Below, one piece after another: positions 14,121-26,663 of a DNA stretch of 64,000 bases. The translations under genes and the position numbers were made by a program. This DNA comes from Eledone cirrhosa (lineage: Eukaryota): the NCBI GenBank assembly GCA_964016885.1, contig OZ024740.1, forward strand, positions 275,094,001-275,158,000, written 5' to 3'. Positions within the stretch are counted from its first letter, which is position 1. The number at the start of each line of letters is the position of its first letter. Under the pieces are notes generated by a model. That model saw only the letters and a program-made list of their open reading frames with translations, searched no databases and had not been told where the DNA came from.

Positions 14121-15950
14121 CATCATCATCATCATTTTACGTCCGCTCTTCCCTGCTTGCAAGGGTGGGGCGGGTCTTATTCAGCACAGCATCTCTCCAC
14201 TCGTCACGGTTCTTCGTCATCTCCACCGTGAGCTTCGACGATCTGAGGTCTGTTCTCACCACCTCCGCCCATGTTTTTCGTGGTCAATCTCTACCACGTC
14301 TTCCTTCAACTGGCATTTCCTCGCACTACTTCACCCATCGGTCATCCTCCATGTGCATCACATGTCCATACCACCTCAGTCTCCTCTCCCGTACACTACA
14401 TTCTATCCCTCTCAGATACAGTTTCTCTCTCAACACATTTATGCTGGGTCGTTCACGCACATTCACACTGCACATCCAATGGAGCATGCTTGTCTCATTT
14501 CTCCCCAGCCGTCGCATATCCTCTGCAGTTGCTGCCCATGTCTCACTACCATGCAGCATCACGCTCCTCATACAGGCCTCATATAACTGGCCTTTCGTAT
14601 GCAGGGAGAAACCCTTCTTCATCAGCAGAGGAAGTAGCTCCCTAAACTTCTTCCAACCCGTCCTTATTCTAGATACTATGGCCTTGGAGGGAGCACCCCC
14701 CCCCCCCCCCCACACCCATGCTAATCTTATCTCCTAGGTACCGGAAGCTATCCACCACTTCTATAGCACCTTCCTGCATTTGAAAAATGTGTCTATCAAT
14801 GCGACTTCTACTGTCTAATTTCCCTGCACATGTACTGCATACATATTTCTCCCTACCTGTTAGTTTGCCTGCTATTCCGCTACATCTCTTGTGTACCCAG
14901 GATCTGCATTGTGTGCATTTTATAGAATTTATGCCAGTTCCTTTTCTGCATATCGAACATAGCCATTTCCCTGACGGAATCAGAGTTTTGTCCTCTTTTC
15001 TACTCATCAACACTTTTGTCTTAGCTAGGTTCACTCTCAGTCCTCTTGCTTCCAACTGCTGTTTCCATAGCCAGAATTTATTCTCTAGCTCCTCTACTGA
15101 TTCTGCTATAAAAACCAGATCGTCAGCATAGAGAGGTTCCCATGGACAGCCAGTCTAAAACTCTTCTGTTATGGCTTGGAGGACTATAATGAACAAGAGC
15201 GGGCTGAGGACCGAACCTTGTTGTACTCCTACTTGTATCTGGAATTCCTCACTAAACTCCATTCCTACCTGACTTTACCTAGAGTACTCTGTACAAAGTT
15301 TGCACTGTCCTCACAAACCATTCCTCAACACCTAGTTTCCTTAGGGACCACCAGATGACAGATCAGGGTACCCTATCAAAGGCCTTCTCTAGATCAACAA
15401 AGGCTAAGTATAGTGGCTTATTTTTCTCTAAGAACCTCTCTTGCAATTGTCTCACCAAGAAGAGGGCATCTGTTGTACTCTTACCAGGCACCAAACCAAA
15501 CTGCATCTCATCTAGTTTGAACCTTTCTCTAATTAGTTGTGCTAATATCCTTTCGGCCACTTTCATAACCTGATCCATCAGTTTCATACTCCTATAATTT
15601 CTCCTCTCCAGAGCATTCCCTTTACCTTCGTAGCAATTTATGAGAACACTGCTGCACCAGTCTTTGGGTATGACACCACCATATATATAGCCTGATTGAT
15701 GATGCGTGCAACCAGTTTAGTCCCTACGTCCCCTGATGCCTTCAGCATCTCAGCAACTATTCCCGATGGTCCAGCAGCCTTACCATTTTTCATTTCCTTA
15801 ATCGCCTCTTGGACCCTATATTCGTAAATCTCAATAGCTGGTCCCTCTGTCGGATCTACTAAGGGTAATTTCCCTCTCTTCCATTCGTTCTCCACATTCA
15901 TCAGTCTCTCATAATGACATTTCCAGGCCTCCTTTTTCTGATCATTCGTG

Positions 15951-15952
<2 letters not shown>
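14121..15952 (-). mobile_element. RTE LINE family B, 5'-truncated, frameshifted RT
   Basis: Fragments KAAGPSG, QFGLVPGKSTTDA, AFVDLEKAFDRVP, LYADDL (~15115-15132), PHD-like finger, FRYLGD; poly-C frameshift at ~14700; (TCA)n tail at left. Confidence 0.93.
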
Positions 15953-16006
<54 letters not shown>

Positions 16007-16385
16007 TATATATATATATATACATGCACACATACTTATTTTAATATTTCTAAATTCATTTTTCTCTTCATACAAATTCCTTCTTTATACTTACTCTTTT
16101 CATCTTCCTTGCATTATTATCAACTATCTACTCTCTCTCTCTTCCTTTCTTCATACACTTATCCAATTTTCATTCTAAACATAGATATAGTACATAGAAA
16201 GTTATGAAATCAAAACTATGAATATATAAAAAACAAAATAAATATAACATTAGTAATCTGAATAATATTTATTTTCTTTTATAAAACTTTATATATATAT
16301 TACTTTTTTAATTTCACATTAGAACTTTAAATTTCAAATTTGTGAAAATTTCATATTTGTATATAAAATTTGTGATTCTTCATGG

Positions 16386-16458
<73 letters not shown>

Positions 16459-16679
16459 GATATAGTTTAAAATACATACACACACACATATATATATATA
16501 TATTTTTATATATATATGTATATGTGTATATATATATATATAGTATTAAGGATACTATTTATGGTTATGTATATACTAAAACTTTTTATAGTTCTATATA
16601 TTTTAAACCCTAAACAGTGAAAGACAGTAATTTATTACTACCCTATTACCAGTAAGATAAATAGCTCAATGTAATAACT

Positions 16680-16778
16680 GTTTCTACTTTAGGCACAAGG
16701 CCAGCAAATTACCCAGTGCATTACTGGTACTTTATTTTATCGACCCCGTAAGGATGAAAGGCAAAGTCAACCTCGGCG
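16680..16778 (-). mobile_element. 5'-truncated SINE (second lineage)
   Basis: TGTTTCTACTT..GGCACAAGGCCAGCA..TATCGACCCCGTAAGGATGAAAGGCAAAG; TSD ATGTAATAAC. Confidence 0.85.
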
Positions 16779-16863
16779 ATGTAATAACATCAGTTGTTCT
16801 ACAGAGCAGTTATATACAATTCTATATATATATATATATATATAAACATCTATATATGTATAC

Positions 16864-18810
16864 CTTCTTCTTCACCCAATTATTCCTAAGACAGTCCTGG
16901 GGCTTGAGTCCTCAAGCATACCTTCAAAGTGATCCTCTCTAATTGATCCAGCTGGATCCCCAAGCAAGACCAGCTGAGCTCATGCATGTTATCCAACCAT
17001 CTTGCTCGGGCCTTCCTACCAGCTCCCCTATTAGTTATTAGCTTTGCCCATCAAATCTGTCCAGCAATTCTTTCCTGAGACATTCTAATCACATGCAATA
17101 TTGGAGCTGTGATCACTTAATTTGACAATGTAGTGGCTCTACCTGGAGTGCCCCTTTCATCTTTGAGCTACATCCTTTATCGAGTAACAATACCCCAAAG
17201 ATCCTCCAGAGGGACTTCATTTCAGCCACCAATCTTATTCTTTCGGTCATTATCTAAGATTCATGACCATAGTTGGCATGAATATTGAATTGAAAATAGT
17301 GAGTTTGGCTTTTAGAGCTACCCTCCTTTTTCTAATGACTGACTGCTGATACTGGTGCATTACTGCGTTAGCTCCTGTAATTCATGCACTTAATTAAGCC
17401 TCATGCCTTCCATCAGTCATGAAAATGGCCCTGAGATACTTGAACTTCTCAACTTGCTTCAGTTGAAGTCCACTCAAATGAAGTGCACTGCACAGGTTTT
17501 TTTGAGAGGACGGGTGTCTCTGTCTTCAAAGCACTGATTTTCATTCCTGCTGTGCAACTCTGGCAGCAACAGCAAACATATCAAGTACATGTCGAAAATC
17601 ATTATCTGACAGGTTTGTTATCCCATGTCATCTGAAAGTTCCAGCTGATTAATCTTACACCTGCCAGTTTTGATACTACTTCAAACTCTGCTGCACATGT
17701 CAATCCAGTATATGGAGAGTATAAGCAGAAAAGGTAACAGTTTGCATCCTTAGCAGAGTCTGGCACCAACATTGGATGGGTCTTATTTAGCACGATTTAT
17801 TCAAACACAAATCCTAGGGCAATTGAGCAGCAAGAAGCTGTCCAACAATTCTATACTCCTGCAGAACCTTCCACAACTGGTCCCCTGGAAGACAGTTATA
17901 TGCCTTTTTGAAGTCTACGAAATAAGCATACACCTCTTGGTAATACTTTCACAATTTCTCAAAGAACTGCTGCAGTGTGAATATTTGGTCAGCTATGCTG
18001 TGTATAGGCAAAAACAACACAGTTCATCAGCTAGCATTGATTTGTCAATGTCCCTACATCCCTTTCTTCGACACTTTGCTTACACTTTACCAAGGAGGCT
18101 TGACAAGGGGATCCTTCTATTATTGGAGCAATCTATCTTGTCTCCCTTTTTAAAAATTTGTATTATTACTCCCAATTGCCATTTCTTAGATGTTTTACCA
18201 CTGATACAGGTCACCTGGCACACAGGAATCAGTAAGAGAATACCTTCTCTATTTAAGGTTTTTACCATCTTCAGCCGAATCTTATCCCCACCAGCAGCCT
18301 TGCCACATTTGAGCCCTTAAATATTTCTTATGACTTTAGTTTCCAAGAGGTTAATCATAACTCTCAGATGCGCATCTTGTACCTCAGAAGAAGCTTTTGT
18401 GAGTGGGTTTAAGAAATCAGCAAAGTATTCTCTCCATCTCATGAGGAATCACCTCTCTGCAATGGGAAGCTCAGATGTGTTTCTGGTAGCATGAGTAGTG
18501 GGGGTGGACTTATTAAGAAGTTGGTGAATGATCTACCAGAAAACTTTATTTGTTGATCTGAAATCAGATCCCAGCTTAAACACAAAGTCCTCTCATGTCT
18601 TAACTTTGGATGTCTTTATTAAATCTGCTCAGACTTTCCACACCAGCTTGTACTGCAAGTGTAAGGCGGACTTATTTCCAAACGAAGCTTTGAAAACCTT
18701 CTCCTTTTCTTGGATGAAGTCTTTGACCTTTTGATTGGATCAACAGGTTCTCTTGCCACCCAGTGCCAGACCAAGTCACTTTTGCCTGCTGCATATAACA
18801 GCTGAAGCAG
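16864..18810 (-). mobile_element. Old RTE (Expander/RTE-1-like) LINE remnant
   Basis: KWQLGVIIQIFKKGDKIDCSNNRRIPLSSLLGKV (RT N-terminal motifs), VEKFKYL-like segment near 17430-17455, short (GAA)n tail at 16864; many stops and indels. Confidence 0.75.
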
Positions 18811-18822
18811 AAATTGCTGATA

Positions 18823-19738
18823 TCATCATCATCATCGTTTAACGTCCATCTTCCACGCTTGCATGGGTTTGGATGGGAATTTTCCCACTTGAGGCAAGAT
18901 TGGTTGTCTTGCTCATATGGCACTGTCTGGCAGGCTTTCAACGGCTGGATGCCCTTCCTAACACCAACCACGTTTACAGTGTGGACTGGGAGGTTTTTAC
19001 CGTGTTACCTACACGGCCACATTACAGCATGGACTGTGTGTTTTTTTGTCGTGACACCTACACGACCTCATTTATTTCGGACTGGATGTTGTGGTACCAA
19101 CATAACTTTACATCGAAAGGGGTAGTGTGGATGGGGTGGGGTAGTGAAACGGGGGTGTATTTTTGTTAGAGGTGCCTACTGACTGTAGGTTTTGCTTTGT
19201 ACTTAGGCAAGGCGGGTCTTCTGTATTACTGTGTAGCGCCAAAGATCTCGGTCCAGTGACATTGTCTTGGAGAGGTGTAAGTGTGTGAGGTCGGAATTTA
19301 TCAAGTCGTTCCAGGTTTTTCTGGGTCTGCCTACTCCATGGCTACCGTCTATTTTTATCGCCCTGCACTTTTTTTATACAGCTGTCGTCTTTCATGCGCA
19401 TCACGTGACCGTACCAACGTAGTCTTCTCTCGAGTAAACAACATCTGATCCCTCTTATTCCTAATTTCTCCCTTAGTTCGTTTATGCTTTGCCGTTCACG
19501 TATATTACTATTACACATCCAGCGGAGCATGCAATCTTCGTTCCTCTCCAGACTGTGTATATCCTCTGTAGACAATGCCCAGGTCTCACTGCCATGTAAC
19601 ATTGCTGTTCGTATGCAGGCATCATACAGCCTGCCTTTCATTTTTAGAGAGAACCCTTTAGCGGCCAATAGTGGTATAAGCTCTCTGAACTTTTTCCATC
19701 CCGTTCTGACTCTAGCTACTGTACTTTCAGAGCACCCT
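18823..19738 (-). mobile_element. RTE LINE family C, 5'-truncated
   Basis: ORF 19342-19668 (LYDACIRTAMLHGSETWAL..RRLRWYGHVMRM), distinct 3'UTR, (TCA)n tail. Confidence 0.9.
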
Positions 19739-19755
19739 ATATGTATATATATATA

Positions 19756-20981
19756 CTAGCATTAAAGCCCGGCGTTGCTCGGGGTTAGTAAGTTACCAAA
19801 GTTAGGTTGCACCACCCATTTTATGGCAGCACTTTTTTGTCTGCCAGGCACTGGGTGAATGAATTGCAGACCTGAACTGCTGAAGCAGGAGCTGCGCCCA
19901 GCAGTGACAATTGTAGTTTCGCCTATGGATATTATCTCTGTGCAAAGAAGTGTTGAGATTTATTGTTTCACAGTACTTGCGCAACACACACGTAGACGAT
20001 GCCAGCCGAACAACAGAGCTGCGATGTAGTTGTTCTGCATGACATGGTTTAACGGGGGAGGGGGGCGGATTGAGGGAACCGCAAATAGGGGCCAGAAAAC
20101 ATTGTCGAATTATGAGAACCAAAAAAGAGGAAGAGGGTTCATTGTATGGTTGGTGCATCATGTACGTCGGACGTAGAAGATGAGCCTGCTGATGTGCCGA
20201 CGGAGGGAGGGAAATAGAGCTGAGCGGAGGCCAGGTGTTGGTGAAGTGTGAAGTAATTGCAGGGAACCGCCTAAAAATGTAAATCCCATCATTAAAGCAT
20301 TGTTCATCCTTTGAGAGTCGTACGGAGGTGAAATACTAACCTGTCCACGGTCCTCCGAGGCCCACCAAACGGGTCTTCTTTCTTCCACGTTCGTTGAGAG
20401 ATGTTTTAAAAAAGATTTATCGCTCTCTTTTTTGTTGTTGAATAAATTTATATGTTGCTTTTGAATAATTGTTGTTTGGTATGAAATGTAATAAGTGCTC
20501 TTCGTTGTCATTGAAGTAAATAAATGTTTGACCGTTCCACACTAAAAAACAAACGTTCTCTCTCTCTCTCCTCCTTCCGCGTTCCTAACACACAAAAAAA
20601 CAAACGTTCTCTCTCTCTGTCTCTCAATCTCTCGCTCACTTCGCTCACATTTTTCTCTCTCTCTCTTCTTTCTTTCGCGTTCCTAAAGGAAGTTTGTAAG
20701 GAGGGGTTTAAGCATATATAAGAGAAAGTTGCAGCATGTATGTAGTTTTATCGATTTTTAAGGGGAGTAGAGAGAGGTAATCAGATTGTATTAGAGGAGT
20801 AAAGATTCATGTATTAAGTTTTATCGATTATTTCCGTAATTGGGGGTGAGTTGGAAAAAAAATAAATAGTCGTTGAATTAAGTTCGACTATTTACAACAT
20901 TCTTACAGATTTTGAGTCGAATCGGTTTGAAATTGTGCAAATGTATAAACATGGAACATGCACACACACACACACACACAC

Positions 20982-21016
<35 letters not shown>

Positions 21017-21023
21017 CTGCCTT
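19756..21023 (-). mobile_element. Non-autonomous Helitron with GC-rich internal cargo
   Basis: Minus-strand 3' end CCCGAGCAACGCCGGG hairpin plus CTAG (19756-19783); ACCGATTCGACTCAAAAT motif and microsatellite near 20905-21015 typical of the 5' region; 5' TC terminus not found. Confidence 0.7.
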
Positions 21024-21329
21024 AAAAAAGCTTCAAACACAGGCACCATTTGATATGTGACATTTTCTGTGATGCATAGGCAAGTCCCTAGCATGACTAA
21101 AAAGCCACGTCCGTGATGTTCATGCTTAAGTATCAAGTGGTGGCACTACTAGAAATTGATTTGCAGCCATCATCATAATGTATGTATGTCTGTATGTATG
21201 TATTTGTTTCCTTGGTGTTAGTTAATCCATTGTTGGTTTCCAAGTTGAACACATTGATCAGCTAATCATTATGTAGACAGGATTGAGCATTCAACGTACT
21301 TACTTTTATATAGTATTAATATAATAATT

Positions 21330-21425
21330 GTTTCTACGTTAGGCACAAGGCCAGCAATCACCAGTGTATTACTGGTACTTTATTTTATCGACCTCGTAAG
21401 GATGAAAGGCAAAGTTAACCTTGGC
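21330..21425 (-). mobile_element. 5'-truncated SINE (second lineage)
   Basis: Same body as 16680; TSD GTATTAATATAATAAT. Confidence 0.85.
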
Positions 21426-21706
21426 GGTATTAATATAATAATGTAGTAGTGAGTGTCTTTGAACCTTACATCATTTTACTGTTATATATATTATATAATA
21501 GATACACCCTCATCAGACAACTAGTGTAATCATAATTTGAACATGTGACATGTCCCAGGTGGGAAGTATAAGACCCTATGAAGTAGTTGTTTTAGAGATA
21601 TTACCCACTCTACTACCCCAAGTATCGAGTACTCTAGTGAGTAATCGTCTAACTGGTTTTTACTGCCACCATACTGATTTATATATGTGTATATCTATAT
21701 GTGTAT

Positions 21707-21880
21707 ATACAAGGTTGGCTGAAAAGTGAAAAGGATGATCAAGTTACTCTCTAGTAATGACCAAATAAGGTTTATTTTCAACAAGAAGCAATGCGGTTAT
21801 TAATAAGAAGAGTTGAAATTAATGCATGCAAGATTTCACAGATCTAGCATCACTCCTTCATAGTCATCCTATGAATTTTT
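21707..21880. mobile_element. Possible decayed mariner-type MITE, right end interrupted
   Basis: Left end TACAAGGTTGGCTGAAAAGTGAAAAGGATGA is partly complementary to GTCATCCTATGAATTTTTC at ~21862-21881. Confidence 0.4.
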
Positions 21881-22232
21881 CCTGCCAGATGATTGAACGT
21901 CTGAAAGCATACACTTTCCTTATGCATATTAACGGCTTAGCAGCCTTATTTGCATATCGAGTGAGTTAATTGGCCGGGCGCACCGAAAACATTAAATGGA
22001 AAAATGAAACGAAATTTCATTTCTCACTCTTAGTACGGCTGTTACTTAAAGCATTATAATAAATGTTCGGTAAATCCATACGTACATATATATATATGTG
22101 TGTGCATGTATGTATATATATATACATACTACTGTACGTCTGTATACATATATGTATGTACGTGTACATACTTATATTTAAGTAACAGCCGTACTAAGAG
22201 TGAGAAATGAAATTTAGTTTCATTTTTTCCAT
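21880..22232. mobile_element. Truncated copy of the ~428-bp hammerhead-bearing repeat (inverted part plus direct part)
   Basis: 21880-22050 is the reverse complement of ~26445-26615; 22051-22232 matches 26749-26926; ends at a microsatellite. Confidence 0.85.
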
Positions 22233-22234
22233 AT

Positions 22235-22295
<61 letters not shown>

Positions 22296-22304
<9 letters not shown>

Positions 22305-22716
22305 GAAAACACAGGTAAGCATTAAGAGAAGGATTTTATCCAGGTATTTACGACCGTTTCATTGGTAAGTGCAACCTTATATTGCTATATTGCAAATAGC
22401 AGCCACTCAATGATAATTGTTGTTCACGTCCAAATTTTCCAAATTTTTTAAATTTGGACGTGAACAACAATTATCATTGAGTGGCTGCTATTTGCAGTAT
22501 AGCAATATAAGGTTGCACTTACCAATGAAACGGTCGTAAATACCTGGATAAAATCCTTCTCTTAATGCTTACCTGTGTTTTCTCTTTTATACTTTATACT
22601 CCAAGATTGAACGGAATTCTTACAAACTTGTGGAGTTACCTCTAACCGTACATTGAAACCATCCATGAAACTGGCTCTCTTAACCACGAACTGGATCACT
22701 TTTCTGCTTCCCTAAC
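22296..22716. mobile_element. Long palindrome plus unique tail between TA runs (Penelope-like inverted pseudo-LTR architecture)
   Basis: Arms 22296-22437 and 22450-22591 (142 bp, one mismatch seen), 12-nt spacer, ~125-bp tail ending CTTCCCTAAC-(TA)n; the palindrome is directly seen, the PLE assignment is inferred. Confidence 0.6.
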
Positions 22717-22754
22717 TATATATATATATATATACATATATAAACATACATAAA

Positions 22755-23215
22755 TCATCATCATCATCATCACTGCTTAACATCTATTTTCCACACTAGC
22801 ATGGGTTAGACAGGTTTGTTCCATTAGAAGCAAGTTGTGTTGGGTGACTGTTCTTGGTCATATGGACTGTTTCTGGTTAGATTTCTATGGCTGGATGCTC
22901 TTACTAATGCCAACCACGTCTACATTCTGTGCTGGGTGCTTTTTAACAATGTCACCTTCATACCACTTTATAGTGTGGGTGGGTGCTTTTTGTCATGACA
23001 CCTACATGGCCACTTTGCAGTGTGATTTGGGTGCTTTTGTTGTGATTGTGATACCAACATAACTTTGCAGGTTAAGGGTGGTGTGAACAGGACTGTGAGG
23101 GTGGTGTAGGGGGTATATAAAAGTGGGGTATAGTGGATTAGGAGGTGCCTACTGAGTTTATGTTTGAGTCTTTGTGCAAGGGAAGACGGGTCTTCTGTAT
23201 TACTGCATAATGTCA
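22755..23215 (-). mobile_element. Old RTE A/C-like 3' end
   Basis: (TCA)n tail, CTAGCATGGGTTAGAC, degenerate UTR repeats, GGGTCTTCTGTATTACTG. Confidence 0.75.
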
Positions 23216-23326
23216 ATATCAATTCTATGTCGACATACCTAGGAATGAAATATACATACATAGCTAGGAATGTATATATATATATATATGTATGTGTGAG
23301 TGTGTGTATGCATTCAACCTAACTAG

Positions 23327-24290
23327 TACAGGTGGCCTGCTCAAAATTCTCACCAGGATTGGATATCCTCCAAGACTTCTTAGGATAGTCCAGTCGTTTT
23401 TATGCAGATATGGAAGTTGATGGCTGATCTTCAGAGGCATTTAACATATGCAGTGGCTTGAAGCAGGGTTATGTGCTAGCCCCCACTCTGTTTAGCATCT
23501 TTTTTGTAGTCGTGCTAAAACATGCATTTGGAATATCAACTAAAGGTGTTTAACTCCTCACCAGATCAGATGGGAAGCTGTTTTGTGTGTCAAGTCTGAA
23601 AGCAAAATCCAAGGTTCGTCAGGCACTCATCAGTGAAATGCTGTTTGCAGATGATGCAGCATTGGCAGCGCACTCTGAGGAGCAAATGCAGTACCTCCTG
23701 AACAAAATCTCAAGGGCCTGCCAGGAATTCAGCCTGGCCATTAGTTTGAAGAAAACCAACATACTGGGCCAAAGTGTCAAGCATCCCCTATCATCACCAT
23801 CAACAACTACAAGCTGGAGGTGTTCCACAAATCCATCTTCCTCGGCTCTATCATCACAGACAACCTCTCCCTGGACCCCAAAAATCAGCAGCAGAGTTGG
23901 ATGAGCAACCTCCACACTCGCCAGGCTGAAGAAGAGAGTCTGAGAGAACAGAAAACTAACCACAAACACCAAGATTGTTGTCCTGAGCAGACTACTTTAC
24001 AGCAGCAAGATATGGAGCCTCTATTCCAGACTGGAGCGATGTCGTCCACATTTGTAGAATGAGATACATTCTGAATATCAAGTGGACCAACCAGATCACT
24101 AACACTGAAGTCCTCAATCATGCCAAGATACCCTACTCAAACAGTGCCATCTGCACTGACTCAGTCACGTACATCATATGCCAAATGGGGGGATACCAAA
24201 AGACTTACTGTATGGGAAACTGGCAACCGGCACAAGAGCATGAGGATAACGTCATCTCCGTTTCAAAGACGTCTGCAGGAGGGATATGAA
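23327..24290 (+). mobile_element. Decayed RTE-BovB-like LINE RT fragment
   Basis: LKQGYVLAPTLFSIFF, ISEMLFADDAALAAHSEEQMQYLL..SLKKT, RYILNIKWTNQITNTEVL; frameshifted. Confidence 0.8.
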
Positions 24291-24519
24291 GTTGTTGCCT
24301 ATACACAAAGTCCAAAAACAAACTTATATGCCACATAAACAGATGTGATGAGGCCACCTAAGCATTTGGATTCTAGTTCTTTCCCATATCTTACTGAGTG
24401 TCAACCTGACACCTGAGATAAAAGTTGGAAACATATACTTTTAACAATCAATTATCATGCAAAAAATACCATAAGGGTATAAACAAAAGTAAATGTCCTT
24501 GCAAAATATTTGAATTGAT

Positions 24520-24860
24520 AATGCTCTTAAGACACAGACTGTGCCAGTCAGCACTATTCTATCAGTCTCTTGCTGGGATGATTTTTCCAGGTATCTGGTG
24601 CAAATATCTTTCAGCTTCCTTCTTTATCATTCCAAGTGCACTACTATCACTGGTATTGTACAGGCTTTAGGATGCTACATTTTCTCAATTTCAATTATCA
24701 GATGTTTATATTTACTGAGATTTCAGAACTCATTCCCAGAGATGTTATGACCTGCTCAGATTAATTTAGGAAGCATGTTTTCTTTTTGTGATCTTTAACA
24801 ATTATATCACATTCATTAGCCCTTCTGTTAGTGTTCACAGGGAAATCCAATAGGATTTTC
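24520..24860 (-). mobile_element. Decayed R4/Dong-like LINE, restriction-like endonuclease region
   Basis: Minus-strand fragments DIIVKDHKEKTCFL, LSKYKHLIIEIEKM, TIPVIV..ALGMIKK typical of RLE C-termini. Confidence 0.65.
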
Positions 24861-25574
24861 ACATTTTCACCTCCTCTTACTGCCTCTGTATGATTCTTGT
24901 ATCATTTTCCTTTTGTTTTTATGTCATATCACCTGCACATTTCCCTACACTATCATGTTTCATTTTATATTCCTCGGGAGCTAATACTTTGCAGCCTGAA
25001 ACCAGGTGGTCAATATTTCAACATACTCATTGCAGTTCCATTTCTATTCACATTGGCTTGAAAGTTGCACATTGAAATGTATATAATGTATATATATGTA
25101 AAAAACGAAATTTGTTTTCACTAATAACATGGTAGATACCTAAATGTATTAATTTTTAATTTTCGGCAAAGTTGTCATAAAATCGCGTGGTATGCAAATG
25201 AGGATAATCAGCCAATGTATACATTTGAGAATACTATGTATTCTCAGCAGTTCCAGTGAGTGGCAGACACAAGAATACTCAATATTGAAAAGGAGCAAAC
25301 ATACCAAAACAATTGTCGATAGTTTTCTCTCAGTCTCTGATGGAACAAAAGAGTTGTTCATCTAGAAATCACACGTGGTGCTTATGAGGTTGTTTGCTTA
25401 CCAAATCTTAATAATGTTATATTATTAGAATGTTATTATTATCCACTCACAGATACATACATATGTATGTATGTGTATGTATATATGTATTTATGTATGT
25501 ATATATATATATATATGTATGTATATATATATATATATTTGTGTGTGTATGTATATATATGAATATATATATAT

Positions 25575-25914
25575 CATTTTCATTTCATTTCATCATCTCA
25601 TTTTTACGTCCACTTTTCCTTGCTTGCAAGGGTGGGACGGGAACTGATTCTGGCTTGATTTCTACAGCTGGATCCCCTTCCTAACACCAACCTCATTTAC
25701 AGTAAGTGCTGGGTGCTTTTTTTCCGTGGCGCTTACACGTCCACTTTACAGTGGAATGTTAGGGACCCCAGTCCCTATCATCTCATTTCTAAAGCTGAGT
25801 AAACTGGAACAATGTGAAATAAAGTGTCTTGCTCAAGGAAACAACACATCACCCGGTCTGAGAATTGAACTCACAACCTTTCGATTGCAAGGCCAATGCT
25901 CTAACCACTAAGCC
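25575..25914 (-). mobile_element. tRNA/CORE SINE with RTE-B tail
   Basis: Reverse complement of 522-852, including the same CAGTTCCCGTCCCACC junction. Confidence 0.85.
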
Positions 25915-25983
25915 ATTTGTCTCCATATATATGTGCCTCCATATATATGTGCCTCTATATATATGTGCCTCTATATATATATA

Positions 25984-26019
<36 letters not shown>

Positions 26020-26214
26020 CATACATATATGTATACAGACGTACAGTAGTATGTATATATATATACATACATGTACACACATATATATATATGTACGTAT
26101 GGATTCACCGAACATTTATTATAATGCTCAGTGTATTTGTAAACAAACATCCCAAATTAAGCCGTACAGTGTCTAGCAACCATCGTTGCTCATTTGTTCA
26201 ACACTGACAAAGGA

Positions 26215-26257
26215 ACGCTGTACTAGTTTCAAGTTTATTAGCTATCGTCAGCAACGT
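26215..26257 (-). ncRNA. Type I minimal hammerhead motif
   Basis: Minus strand ACGTTG-CTGACGA-TAGCTAATAAACTT-GAAA-CTAG-TA-CAGCGT; 6-bp stem I, palindromic ACTAGT stem III, GUA triplet; stem II imperfect. Confidence 0.65.
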
Positions 26258-26620
26258 ATACCTTCCTGCCAGATGATTGAACGTCTGAAAGTATATACTT
26301 TCCTTATGCATATTAACGGCTGAGCAGCCTAATTTGCATATCAAGTGAGTTAATAAATATATGTGTGCATGTATGTATATATATATGTATACATACTGCT
26401 GTACGTCTGTATACATATATGTATGTATGTATACATACTTATATTTAAGTAACAGCCGTACTAAGAGTGAGAAATGAAATTTCGTTTCATTTTTTCCGTT
26501 TATAGTTTTCGGTACCCCGGCCGATTAACTCACACGATATGCAAATTAGGCTGCTCAGCCGTTAATATGCATAAGGAAAGTATATACTTTCAGACGTTTA
26601 ATCATCTGGCAGGAAGGTAT

Positions 26621-26663
26621 ACATTGCGGACGATAGCTAATAAGCTTGAAACTAGTACAGAGT
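26621..26663 (+). ncRNA. Paralogous hammerhead motif with mutated core
   Basis: ACATTG-CGGACGA-TAGCTAATAAGCTT-GAAA-CTAG-TA-CAGAGT; stem II AGCT/AGCT intact, core T>G. Confidence 0.5.

Noticed and set aside
19802-20511. ORFs of 119 and 117 aa within the Helitron
   Set aside because: No Rep or helicase motifs; open frames are expected in GC-richer sequence
21450-21520. Minus-strand CTGATGA with a possible stem GGGTGT/ACACTC
   Set aside because: No GAAA or stem III after the stem
25335-25385. CTGATGG-hairpin-GAAA
   Set aside because: Core mismatch and wrong spacing; only a short hairpin
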